Assembly: GCA_050084515.1 (NCBI GenBank) | Contig: CM114271.1 | Location: 14,446,001-14,510,000, forward strand | Length of the DNA: 64,000 nt | From: Blasia pusilla | Lineage: Eukaryota | Direction of reading: 5' to 3' | Shown: positions 1-13,101 of the stretch, piece by piece | Position numbering within the stretch: the first letter of the stretch is position 1 | Layout: each line of letters begins with the position of its first letter | The notes under the pieces: model-generated | Database searches by the model: none | What the model was told of the DNA's origin: nothing | The model's input: the letters and a program-made list of their open reading frames with translations, nothing else | Made by a program: the position numbers and the translations under genes

Positions 1-229
1 AATTCTGGATGTGTTTTGTTCCTTATTATGAAAAGTTACCTCACAGTCACATGCATAGATTCCTGCAGGAAGTAAAGTGCTATTACGAATGTGATAGGAA
101 TGATCCCATCGATTGTTGAGCTAGATATTGGAGTCCGATCGAGCAGGAATCATCATTGTTACAGTTCCACTCAGATTGAGGTTCAATGGCGAATCATTGT
201 GACTTTATCATGGCTTGCTTCAGTGGTAC

Positions 230-3200
230 CTGTTTCGTAAGACACCATAGCCGGGGTGCGAACAAAGAGAATCGTTCACGTTACGAAGAAGATAACTCGT
301 GGCATGTTGAAGGACCTGGGAAAGTCACCCAAAAATGTAAATAGGACATTCATTTATTTCAAACGCACACAAGAGATAGGTGTTCACCTTTCCGCCCTGC
401 AGACCTCAGAGGCATATGCCGCAGGACGAAAAAAATCATCTTTGTAAGGAGGGAAATTTACCTCTGAAAGGGCGGGTAGAAGTTGTAGTGCCTCTTTTAA
501 CAGAATGATTCCGGCTACTAAAGTTTGGCTCCTTCTAGTGTTCGTTGTTGAATCACCAGCGAATCTTTTTCTCTTGAAGCAGAAGTTGCAAAGCACGCGG
601 TCTTCACGGTCGCAAAGCGCATCATGAGAACCAGAAGTCATTCTAATAACTAAAACTAGCGTTGTCTAAACATGATTTCTGAACAGGAGTTAAACAGCTT
701 ACATCTTTCAAATAGAACTCAGACTATTACACACTATACGATGAGCAGATAGCGAATCACTCGCATAACAAAAGTAACCTGTATCTTTAGGAAACTTTTG
801 GATGACATTTGATAGTCCGAAATACAGGTCCTCATTCGTAGTGAGCTCATCCTGTGGAAAAATCCGAAACACTCGATCGATTTACTGTGTTTTGGGCTTA
901 CGAATCGAGAATTTGAAACTATCGTTCAGAGTATCATCAGAGTTTCCACTATCCTAAACTTTGTCCTTATTAAGCTTAAATGCCAGCTTTCTGTACGCAG
1001 TACAGACTAGTAGAGCCGCTATACTCACCAGACAATCCAGACGGGTATTGATAGTTTCAATATCCTTAAGAGGCTGAAGTAGATTAGCCCTGAGAAGACG
1101 TGCTCTGCGAGAAAATACATGGTAAACTTGACATTAAATATTTTTTAGCACAATGTAACTTAGTAACTTCCTAGCCCTTAACACATGAAGCAGCTTCGTT
1201 AGGGAGCTCCAATCACAAAAGATGGATCGGAAGACTTGACTATGAGCGTTCGTATCTCAAAGATCCCATTCACTCAACCTAATGCTGTCAATGTGATACT
1301 CCATTCTTTCAATGTGAAGCGCAGATTCCAATGATTAGTTGAGTGCGTAACAACAAGACTCCGGTTAAATTGAACCATCTGAACATTGTGAAGCAAAAGA
1401 AGTTAAGATATCTACCCTCCAACTGTACTTGTTGTGTTCAGCATGTTGTAAAGGCTCCCCCGCTTCCCCAATTGTTTGTTGAGGTCCAGAATGAGAGGTT
1501 CGATTACTTCTAAATTCTCAATACTGCAATTTCGCAGCAGCACAAACGTAGTAGAAATGAAAATGCAGTCTAGTTTTCATTTAAAGAGACACAGCTCCAC
1601 TGAGCCAACGATTAAATTGGATCTTGCAATCACAGGTGGTGAGCGAGAAAGTGATCGAGCTCGCGGGTACGGAGGTTCTTACGAGCACGATATTCCATCA
1701 TTGAGAGAACTACGATCCCTACAAACTGAGCCTTGTTAAAGAGGACAAGGGAATTATGCTGAGGTCTTGCATTGTAGTTTTCAAGATGAATGACAGATGC
1801 TATTAAACCGTAACTACTCCGACATCTGACGAACTGACTACCATTACCTTGTCGCATCGATGTTCATGTGATCATACGATCCGTTGAAGGTGACCTGCAT
1901 ATCCCGATTGTCAATTTTGTGCATTTAAGGGAACGCTGATGCCGTTGGACGTTACAAGAACTCGCGCTATATCTGTTGATTAATCAATTTTCCATCGCAA
2001 TATTCTTCCCATACAAACTACACATTTTGTTCTCCCGCTGGTAACCTTAGGAGGTTGAAAGTTCAAGTTAATTATTAAAGAATATACCTGCAAAGAGTTG
2101 TTGGTTATTATGTAGCCATTGTCGTTCTCAATCCTGCGAGGTGATCCATCCAGCAAGACTTCATGCATTAAACATTAATAAACGAAGCTGTCAAATAGTC
2201 ATCCTTACCAGGGTCATCAGTAGAACAAACCTAGTATACTCACTACCACACGTGTTCAGACTACACGGCGGAAGAGGAATACTGAATTCGCTACAAGTCG
2301 GCTCGATACATAGAAATATGCTATTAAAGACCTCCGATAAATGAGCGTTTTGGAAAGCACCTAAACTACAATTATGAAGTCATAAAATATTTGCCAAACC
2401 TAAATGCTCTAACCATTTCAACACAGCTGCTGCAGCACCAAGGCAAAGGTAGTACTGCTTGTAGTAATTTTCTGAGGTGATAGCATTGGTTTCTTTGGCT
2501 GCAAGATTTTGTAACAACATTGCTCCCTGCACAGAGGACCAAGTGGATCAGAGCATCACCCAGACTTTGGCTTCAATGTCGTGCATGGATAAACGTAGTG
2601 TAGACACCGTGTTCTCTCATGATTATCTCCGAGACCGTAGACAGTTTTAGCTACCAAGATTTTGCCTTACCGATTCGTACGTGGAAACTGAAGCGATGGA
2701 ATTTCGTAAATCGCATTCGATTATGGTGAAAACTATGGCTTGCAGTTGTTATCGAGTTATGACTGGAAACTTCAGGACCAGTGCATCACCACTGTTATTG
2801 AAGTAATGAAGTTACACAAATATTCACTAACCTTCGTATCATCAAAGCAACCTCGAAGCAGATGAATCTGCAACTCGTATCCAATGGTTACCGTGTTAGC
2901 GGCATGCGCGTGATGAGACTAAACCTGAATTTAATAACACGCCATAAGACTATTATCACCTTCCTGGCGCTGGAGCACCGATCTACGAGGGCTGATAAGC
3001 CAATCATACCATCCGGCGCTGCACTGTTAGCGGGTAGTATGATGGCTGTGGGGTCAAAAAATTGGAGTAGAGTCACCGTATTTTGATAGGAGCGGCTGGT
3101 CTCTATGAACTGAGATAAATGCAGCGATGCTGTTCTTAGATCTAAAGCAGCCAGTCCGACCTGCACGCATGACCAACATGTCCATATATATATATTTATG

Positions 3201-3399
3201 TTGTCTCACATGGCAGGAAATGACTGAATGCATCTGCTATTGCAGCTGGAGACAGAAATTCATTGATCCATGCAGCTAGCAAACTTTATTTGACTATTGA
3301 GGCTGCACATCTAAAAATGCTGTGTGTTATCACCTCTTTTACCCGATTCTCAATAAGACTCACGACAAATTTATTTTCTCGATCTGCTTCGCTGTCCAT
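230..3399 (-). CDS. MSH4: MutS homolog 4 (meiotic crossover protein), 5' part; gene continues off the left edge
   Basis: Manually spliced GT-AG exons: 3399-3334, 3160-2960, 2867-2832, 2526-2414, 2133-2088, 1894-1848, 1523-1416, 1104-1029, 851-779, 601-462, 315-230. They join in frame to give MDSEADRENKFVVSLIENRVKEVGLAALDLRTASLHLSQFIETSRSYQNT...RGCFDDTKGAMLLQNLAAKE...VTFNGSYDHMNIDAT...RLLRANLLQPLKDIETINTRLDCLDEL...DRVLCNFCFK, which matches the plant MSH4 N-terminal half as I recall it. Confidence 0.95.
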
Positions 3400-5199
3400 T
3401 TCGTTGATCAAAGATGACTCTCTTGGCCTCAAAACTTGTGAATAAGCGTGCCTGAAGATTTTAATTGGTGGGGAGAACCGGTGTTCAAGAGCACGCTGTT
3501 AACTCGGTTCAAAATCGTGCTACACCTCAGACTTCTGTGGTACTATTCTTGTAAGTGGAGTCTAACTATTTCCTCTACAATTGTCCGTAGATTCTTTCTC
3601 ATTACGAACGTCACATTAAGCCTCGAGGCATCTATCTAATCAACAAGATTTCACATCAAACCAATCTACCGTCTCCTACACCTGTCGACAACAATTGATC
3701 AACTGATCGTATATCGACGGAGAATCTTCCGAAGCTCTTCCCAATTCACACAGTCGCTGGTCATGCACAATGTCGACAATTTATGGTTCATCACTATCCA
3801 TCGACCCAGTGTACATACAACGCGTGCTTCCGTGCTTGCTCGATGTAATCAGTTTCTATATTACTGTAGTGCACTAGTAAGTCGAGGCCCCGCTTACTCG
3901 TCTGATTTGAACGGAACGAGCGCATCGCTCGGACTCCCTGTCCGTCGGGTTGATGGTCAGCACCCATCCGCGCCAGTTCTTCACGCTCGTTCCTTCCACG
4001 TGGTCTAACGGCGCTAGTGCACTTGTTAATATATGTCTCGAAGTTAACTGCAACTAGTAAGGAAATATAATAAGGTTTGGAGAGTTTTTCTAGTATATAA
4101 TAAATTCAAAAAAATTATGAAATTTTTTTAATCAAATATACAGATGTTTCCAAATAAAAAAGTATTCTCTAGTAATATGGATGATATTTCACGGGCCCTT
4201 TCATTTTGCAAACACCTTTCACACTTCTAAAATGGGATTTATCGCCTTTGTAAACCAATAAAATAGTATTTGCGAACTTGGGGTAATTTAAACCCACATG
4301 ATAACACTAATTTAAACTAACAATGGATGACTTAACTAACCACAAAATCCTTAATTGACATTCCTATATCAATTTCCCATACCTTGTATATTCACCTCTT
4401 TTTATGAGATCTAACACGTGGCCACCGAATACTAACATTCCTTGGCAGTTTACAATTTGCCGACAATAACATTACTTTCTCGACAGAAGCTCCTCGTAAC
4501 TAAAGTGTGGCTTCTTTCTTCTTCCTTTTTGACTTTGTAATTCTCCTTTCTAGTTTACAAGAGTGTTGCCTTCATATGGCTTCTTTGCATTGCAAATACT
4601 ACTCTTTTCCTACAAGTATAGTTAACACACCTATTGAGCTTAATTTACAACAACTTAATTTTTGTATGGTTTTTTCTTAGACTTGTAAGGCTTTAAGTCT
4701 TGATTTAGGTGATGTGACTTAGCTTGTGGTTATAAGCTTCATCACCCATGTCACTTAAGAATATACTTGAGCAATCAAAATGTGATGGTATCTCAATCAT
4801 ATGCATTTATTTTTTTGACTCATTGTGTTGACTTGTTCATACGTATTAGGAGTATGATATGTGTTGAGAATGAATTGTTGTTGTGTTCAACGTTCTCACA
4901 ACAACAAAAAACCATTACTAGGTGATTGATTCGATGGTCATAGTGGACACTTGCAGGACTTCTTGAAAGTTGAGAGATGTCTCCTAGGAGAGATCGTAAT
5001 GTTGCTAATGATAGAGGATGTTGGTAGTGGCTATTATATTGTACTACTAGGTTTCATACTTTACTTCTAAGAGGAGAAAATATGTGATCAATCATGTTGG
5101 AATTCATATGAAGGACAAGCTACTTTGTTATAATTCCACATTCATTATGTAAAAAAGCTTACAACTCATTGTGAGGATTGACCATAAAAGTAACCATTT

Positions 5200-5987
5200 A
5201 CAATGGTTATTCTAAGCTGTTCTAAGCTCCCTCAGCTCCCTCACCACCCACACCCAACTTTTGTCCAAATGTGGTTCATCCCGCGGCCTCCTTGCGTACT
5301 TTCTTTTGTCCGACTCACAGCCCACGCTCGAACCTTCCTATCCTCCTACGTTACTACCTCCGTAACCCGCACACAAATCCCCTTCCACATCGGCCGCTCT
5401 GTGGTGGCTTTTCCTCACTCCCCGCACTAGCTCTTCCATCCACGCACATGGCTTCACCTTGTACTTTCTATCGTCTCCTACCCTTGACCCTCTACTTTGT
5501 TGCAGCCTTGGCATTACTCCATGGCCCTCACTTCTTTTCTCCTTCGGCATGATGCCCTATGCGGATGAGTGTTGGCTCACACGGCTAACTCCACTCTCGA
5601 ATCTACACATAATTTCAAGCCACATCCACCTTCTGCCATGAGGAAATCTAGACTCTAACACTCAAGGTCCTACCAAACACTAAGCAAGAGAAGTGCTCGG
5701 AAGGCTCAACATGAGAAAGATGGTATGTGAAAGCCCTCGCTAAACCTCTCTTATACCTTGGGGAAGAGCCAAAAGTTATTTCCCCAAATGATAATCTATG
5801 TGCACAATGTACCGGACGCAAAATAGCAAAAGTGGGGAAGAGTCACAATCGACAATCAGAATGTAATAGATCTTTTTCCAACTTCATCTGACACCTTATG
5901 AAAAAGTTACATCCAAAAAGCATGTTGGCCCTCTATGTCGACGTTAGCACAGCAGAACTCTACCCCTTGACTAACTAAAATGTGACA
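5200..5987 (-). mobile_element. Degenerate family-Y Gypsy-like fragment (A repeat plus part of the 5' leader)
   Basis: Minus strand begins TGTCACATTTT at 5987. It contains the GGCTCTTCCCCAAGGTATAAGAG and CCATCTTTCTCATG motifs of the A repeat; 5200-5640 resembles the leader at about 41200-41760. Confidence 0.7.
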
Positions 5988-6099
5988 ACTTCTTCAAAAA
6001 TTTGGATAGGAACAAGTAGTGATGTTGGATTGCATACATAATATTTTCCATGATTTTGGTGGAAAAATATTTTACCATCTGATGTTTTGCGACAGGCTT

Positions 6100-6866
6100 A
6101 TGATGGAGTCAAAGTTCAAGATGATAAATCTCGGATAAACGCATGAGTAGAGGTCTAGAAACCATCTCCAAACGGTCAAAATGATAGTTGGGTTGAGGCC
6201 ACAAGGAGCAGCCCAAGAGCAATTCCCTAGATGTAAGGAGGAGGTGGAGATCACTAGAACCATATACAATGGAGAGGGTCTCCAAGGGTGTTGGAAACCT
6301 AAGCTCCACCTTAGGAATCATGGGAGATAACAAGTTGAGGTAGGATAACCTGAGAGAGCAAGTTTCCCCTTCGTTTAGGCTCATTTGGAGCCATATTGAG
6401 GAACTTATTATTTTGGGTAAGTTAACGTATTTGGCATTGTTGAATTTCCACTTTTGGAAGTGGCCTTTGACCCGCTACAGCATGTCAAGAGCCAACGAGG
6501 TGACCTACATATCGTGGAGAGAGCTTGGAAGAGGGAAGGGGATATACCTCCAAGAGAGAGAGCTTGAGAGCTCATTCTCTCTTTGTTGAACCTCTTGGCA
6601 TAAGGCGGCGGAGCTATGGTCCTCCTTGTCTTGTGTGTGTAACCCAAGCCTCTCATTAGGAAAGTGGGATTGGTTTGACATGAGAGAGAAAGAGCGAAAT
6701 AGTGTATGTGTGCATATTTTAGAGACCTTATTGATGGAGAGATCCACGAGATTCAATTGAAGATATTATGGTACTTCTCATCTCGATATTTGGATGCCAT
6801 GAGTTAGCATGGGATGGTGCGTGTTTGTGTGTATGTCCGGCGACAGCGATGTGTATGCGCACAATA
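6100..6866 (+). mobile_element. Family-X solo A-B terminal unit (left boundary approximate)
   Basis: Homologous to the reverse complement of 53920-54565. Ends GATGTGTATGCGCACAATA (terminal CA mutated to TA). Confidence 0.7.
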
Positions 6867-7019
6867 AGGATAACGCGAGACCCAAATTCGGGAAATGCAA
6901 GGTTGGTTGACCCGAGTTGTAAATCCGGGTGCAAATCAATAAGAAGAGTCTGACCTGCTAAACGAAAGCTTCTACAATACACACGATTTTCGTTTAAAGG
7001 AGTAGGTAGACTACAACGT

Positions 7020-8980
7020 CACTCCAATAAGTCTATAAATTTGGGATACATCAATTGTCCCTAAAAACCTTAGTAAGAGATAGAGGCTAACATGAAATAT
7101 GCCACCCTCTAAAAATCCTATCATAGACTAGCATGGTGGCCGCACCTTTAAACATGTATCGTAATATTTTTAATACCACTATCATTGTATCTACAATTCC
7201 ATCAATATTTAGAAGGAGATGTTGCATGCAGTTATAGTGTTACACACATGATCTTTCCAAAACATACCATTGTGTGCCTCTAGCAAGAGAATATATGATG
7301 GAAATACCTCATATGCCCTTACAATGGTGTATTTTACGATAACATCCAATGTCATTGAAATCCTCTACTATTGGTGAAAATTTTCCCTAATGAAAACTTC
7401 AACTCATCAATCGATATGCTTCTTCTTAGAATATCTCTATCCATTGAGAACATGCTCTTAACCACAAATCCATATATAAGTTTCCTAAAGCAATCCCATA
7501 ACTATATGAACTTGAATCATATCTTAAGGATGTGGAATTTGTGAAATACCCTCCATTTGAGTTTGTTGAACGCCCCAACCATGTGGATGTATCGTGTGAC
7601 CTAGATAGTTAATTTGATTGTGCAAGAACTTGCACATATCTAGATTTAACTTGAACTCATTTAAGTATAATCATCGGAGTTCCCCTACAAGATTTTGCTT
7701 ATGCTATTAAATCGTGAAACTAAAAACTTCAAAACTATAATCTCATCAATATGACATCTAGAACAATCCAAACATACCAAGATCCTATCCAAAACTCTTC
7801 GACAAAGTTCTTCAACCTATATGGTAAGAAATGCTAATGGTAAGAATGATCCTTCCATTGAGTCTATGCCCCAAAATTTCATCTTCTATATATCTACCAA
7901 TCTTAAAGGCAAAATTGATGATTTTTAACTTAGAAATCCAATGTTTGAAGACCTTTTCCTATCCAATTGCATCAAAGATCTCCTCTTAGGTGGGCATAAC
8001 ATACCAATTGACTTTCATATGCCAATTAATTGGAGGTAGTCTCCACACATATGTTTGTTTGTCTAGTTGATATGTATATCTTTCTATGCAAACATGACTA
8101 TGAAAATTACACACTCTTCATGCGTTATCTCCACTAGTTCTCCCTCGAACAACTTTAGATTCTTATTCTGAATCAAAGTTCTCTCAATTTTTCTATCATT
8201 GTAGGATCATCAAAGGATCGGTTTGTCACTAGCCACCTCAATAAGATTCATGGAACTCTTTAGTATATCCAAGTCCCACATACTATATACAAAGATACTC
8301 TTGCAAATCCTCAAGAATTGATATACTCTACGTCTCTATCCTTTAGCTAAATTGGGCCCATCGTTGGATCACAAGTCTTCAACGTGACTTTAGTAGGTCT
8401 CAACAACACAAGTGTTAGTTGCTATTGTATAACTCCGTCAACACTACCAATGCTTGCTTGCTCTCCTATACATAGTCTCTTCAAACACCTATACTCTTAG
8501 AACGTTTCCGTGATATAAACTATAAGCCACAAGTGATGCAATGTCAAATCCCACAAAGTCCACAATGTACCCCTCGCAATCTGTTATGGTCTCACCCCGA
8601 ACTAGTGCATATACCACCTTGATTTGCAAAGGGATCACAAGTACTTGAGAATTCAACTGTTTAAATCACATTTGACATTGCGCACCCTCGTTTATATTGA
8701 CGATCCATGTCATAACTTGGATGCATAATTTGACCCTAAACATGGCATTAATGCATTCAAAACAATTACTATGCTATGGTTGTACTTGTAAGAGACCCCA
8801 ACATATGCTTTTCATGATTGGCTTTGGAATCCACCATCATTAGAAACCAATCCAGATCTGTCCTCTCTAAAGGCATGATGGGTAAGATATCTCAACTAAC
8901 TCGATATGGCCGCCTATGGCAATCCCATAGTGTTGACCATTGTCATTGGCAAATGGATAAGATGTAGTAAACAACGCTGT
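7020..8980 (-). pseudogene. Heavily decayed Gypsy pol relic: DNMT C-terminus, RT, integrase tail and PHD remnants
   Basis: Minus 8640-8970 resembles 59990-60300 (DNMT C-terminus); 7600-8400 resembles RT; 7040-7340 resembles the integrase tail/PHD at 61690-62000. Confidence 0.65.
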
Positions 8981-9719
8981 CCTCCCACACCAAAAAAAAA
9001 CTTGTGAAATTAAAGAACAGTCTCAAAATTGAACTCTCAACACATATGCATGTCGACTAAGGCAAGCCATTAATGGATTGCAGACATCTGCTCCAACTTC
9101 CTTTAGTTCGATGAATGAATAACTGATTTCTTAAAATTTATCAGAAGTGTAACATGTTAATATTTATGACAAACAAAAGTATTCTGCGTAGCATATACTT
9201 GGAGTTAGTTCATGTGTGGATGGCCTTGCTATCCTAGATCACAGTTTCTTAAGTCCATGTACCAAAACTCCAAAAACAGTTTCCCCTGTTCCCAAAGAAA
9301 CTACAGATCCAGAGATTTAAGTGTAAACATCCTGTTATTCCAATTTCATAAATATTAACAATGTCTCTTTCCTCCTTTGCCTGCTGCTTATTCACAGTGA
9401 ATGTTAGGACTTGCTCCAACTCCAAGTTGCTGTCATTCGCATGTATTACAATATAACTCAAATCACAATGACGTGCTAGACTATGAACTTGCGCATACGC
9501 CCGGCAAAAACCATGTTGGAGCTACGGTCCTACGATTTCAATCTACGTTACCTCCTAGTTTCAGCGTGGACTACTTCTCCCTATGGATTCTCTCTTGCGT
9601 AATGAAAATCTTAGACTAGTTATTTTCGGTGACTACTTGGCAATGGCCTTCTACACAGCACTTCCCTAACAGTTTCCCAAGTTTTGAGCTTATAGAGGGA
9701 ACTCTACAAAGAAATACAT

Positions 9720-12359
9720 CTACATCACTGCCCTTTCCCCTGCTTGGCACGGTCCCACGTGTATATTTATATGATCAGAGTTGATGCTTCTCACCCTACA
9801 ACATTGCCTTCGTGGATTCTGCACACAAACCGAATCAACTCAATTTCGCATACACACAATCCAGCTGCTCCTACCCACTCCACGAAACCCCATATCAAAT
9901 CTTTTCACCACGTAATGAAACGCAGACTTCCCGAAATGCTATGAAAAATTTACCAAAACTTGAAAACTCGAAGATAGGATGAGATTGGCGCAAAAAAAGG
10001 AACCTGAAACCAATCTTCTTCAACTGGTTCACTTTCCACGAATATCTTGTCCACAAGAGATAGGGGGAGGAGCTTTTCGTGGCAGCCTCTCACTCTGTTT
10101 GGCCTCTCCAGTTTCTCATACGCGCTGTACCTGAAGGTCTCGTTCAACACTTTCACATCAAACAAGTAGTAAGGTGCTGGCTCATCACATATCTCTTTGG
10201 CCCTGGATCGAGTGTTCATCGGGAAAGCATACGACTCTCTCCTTTTATGCCAGCTCATGAAAGTAAGGGTGGGCACTTCCAGTTCATGAGGTGGTACAAA
10301 GCCTTTATAGACGTGAACCATATAACCCCATGAAACTGAAAACGACCACCGCTTTTCTGAGTCGTAACAGATGGACTGTTGGAAAATGTTATGTGGGTCA
10401 ACATGGATAGCCTTCTGTAGCCTCTTCAGAGACTGAACACGCTTCTTGCCCGGGAAAAGCGAGTAGATTGCCTCCAGGTGATGAAGAGAGAGGATAGGAG
10501 CCACCGGGTGTGCTGTGAGGAATCCGCTTAAATCACCCATTAAATCAATCTGGGGAAATGGACAGAACAGAGCATCAGTGGCAACATCTATGGTATGAGA
10601 AGCTCTGCACGAAACAGCTTCACAACTCTCTGAGACCAGCGACCTGACCTGACCTGACCTAAATATAGTCTAAATTGAGACTGAAGAACACCACAAATTG
10701 ATGATCATTTCTTAGAATACGAGGTTTCAAAGCCGTGTGTCTGGGGGTACATCCCAGAAACGTCCGCTGCGAGTCACCGTGGAAAGGCAATCAAGAACTG
10801 AATCTTTTAGACATGATAGTTATGGCCACACGACCATAAAACGTGGATCACTACACAACACCGTCAGTCTACATATCACCCCGTGCTTACAAGGAGATTC
10901 AATAATTATCAACCATCTTACAACCTCTGACGACCATCAATCAGCTTGCAGATTAGCACATCTCCACCAGATCTTTCCTTCTATTGTAAGATCACATAAA
11001 GTAGTCGTCATAGAAATGTGCCCGGGCTCTGATGGGTCTAAGGACCTGAGGAAGAGTCCACTCACGGACTTGGGAGTTCACTACGAGCTCAAATTAGGCC
11101 ACTCTCGATATGAAGCAGCAACGACCTCGAACTTCCGCAGAAACACCCATCACAGAAGACGGAATGAATGAACCCCACCTATTTGTTTCGGATAGTAGGC
11201 TAATGTGAACTAACAGTCCTAAAAATGTGCTTAGGATTTGAGAGCTTTAATGGCTTCAACTACTCCAAGAGTTCCAGTCCAGGAGTCCGGTGTCCACTTC
11301 TAGCACGCAATAGGTCACCCTCGATGTGACGCTGAACGAACTTTGGTGGGCAATTCTTCACACGCATCCCAGACAGCAAAACACAAGAAATCCTTCTTGC
11401 ACAAAACGCTGCAAGACTCTGTTTGTGAAGGATGAGGGATCGACCTGATGGAAACCCGGCTCTTTCGTGAGTGGAACCCCCAGCTCACTCATGCAAGCCT
11501 TCATCCTGTCATCGCTGCCGAAAAGCCAACTGTACCTCTCCATGCACTCGTCCTGCATCTCCGAAAGTTCTTTCGCAAGAGGATAGCTAATGGCGAAACC
11601 TCCACCACCATACGCCATGCTGTAGCTAAACAACTGGTTTTGTATATGATCTTCGGAGTTACTTCCGATGTACCATCTCTTCCTGTGATCGTACTTGCTA
11701 AGAACCTTCACCAGATTCTCTGTGAAGAAAAATGTGTCGTCGTCTCCCATCACAAACCAGTCCACATCGGACAATCCTAGTCGGAACGATTCCGACACAA
11801 CGCGTGAGATCCTAATTGCTGCCTTCCGACCCCTTCGATGAGTGTAGTTGAAATGAGATATATCCTCGGAGACTCTGTACGGGGGATCACCGACAGTCCA
11901 GTTGCTCCCCAAATCACGCTCCGTCCATATGTAACCTCTCGTCTCTGGCTTCCACCATACTTTCAGAAACTGGCTCCGGTTAGTCCACAGATCAGCAGAT
12001 GCTCCGATTCCAAAGACAATTCGGTCAAAGCTCGTCCTTGTGAATTCTTCCGATACACTGCGAATCTGCCTGACGTCCGCCTCCGAGCTTTCATTCACGA
12101 GAATCAGAGGCGAAAAAGTCTCCGTGGTACCAGTCATTTGATCAACACGAGTTGTTTTACGAAATTCGCAGGCTTCATCGTCGCAGTAAGGTGACCCGTA
12201 GGTCCAACAAGGATTGCTGGTGACCAGGAGAAGGAAGAAGTATACACAAGAGCAGACGCATCCTATTCCAATCATCAGGCTCAATCGCGACGACAACAAA
12301 GAGACGATTTGGTCCTTCCACCCGGGATGTGCCTGCTTTCCATACTTGCCACCCGCCAT
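9720..12359 (-). CDS. DUF604 / fringe-like (GT31-related) glycosyltransferase, copy 1, 519 aa
   Basis: Exons 12359-11445, 10549-10004, 9818-9720, with phase-0 GT-AG introns and TAG stop. N-terminal TM anchor; motifs IVFGIGAS, DWFVMGDDDT (DxD), WYIGSNSE, MAYGGGGFAISYPLA, GSDDRMKAC, LSLHHL, SVSWGY, RRQCC. Confidence 0.93.
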
Positions 12360-13081
12360 TGCCCTGAGAGCAATCGCTTTAGTGCTTCACGAAATCGTCG
12401 ATCTCAGTCGCAGGTGAAGCTTGGATTCCGACACTCCGATGACAAAAGGTTCACTCTTTCTAACTGCCGTCAACCCAGAGTGAGACAACAGTAGACTTCC
12501 TGTTCGGTAGCCCAGCTTTACGACGCCATCTCAATTGATAAGTGTGTACTTAGAAAATCTACAGGGAATTGGAGCGGACAGCCACGAGATTGGAAGGGCC
12601 CCAGTACACCTCCCATGATGTGATACTAGCAAAAGAAAAAATTAAATCATATCCCACACAGACCGTCCACTACCAAGGATATTGGCACAGGAAATACCAG
12701 AGTGCTGAGAAGCCACGGTAAATGAAAGAAGAACTTCACGCAGGGATGTCTCATGTGAGGACCAGATCTCTGCAAAGGAGAGTTCATCAGAACGATCATC
12801 GAGCGCAGCAATTACCATGTGTGGCTGCCGCCGCCGCTGCTGCTGCTGCACGCATCACTGGACAAACTACGGAGAAATCAATTCACATGCGGGACATGAC
12901 CATATCGTGGCTTCTGGTGCTTCTACATGGAAGAAGCATCACACGACAATATTCAACGACTGGAAGTAGAACAAAAACGCCGCAAACCCGGCCGCAACGC
13001 TCCCCGCAGCCTCACAGCATTCTCCTCCATTCGACCCAAGCGACGATTCTGCTGGCTTGACTCGACTCGAAGGCGTAGTCT

Positions 13082-13101
13082 GCAGCAGCAGCAGCAGCAG
13101 C
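13082..13101. repeat. (GCA)n microsatellite upstream of DUF604 copy 1
   Basis: gcagcagcagcagcagcagc. A shorter (GCC)(GCT) run lies at about 12825-12850. Confidence 0.85.

Noticed and set aside
4400-5200. Possible copia gag/protease relic (similar hints at 27500-28000 and 37300-39750)
   Set aside because: Too degenerate to show diagnostic motifs by eye.
10079-12494. Plus-strand ORFs overlapping DUF604 (also 33263-35614)
   Set aside because: Antisense shadows of the real coding exons; their conservation between copies is explained by the sense gene.
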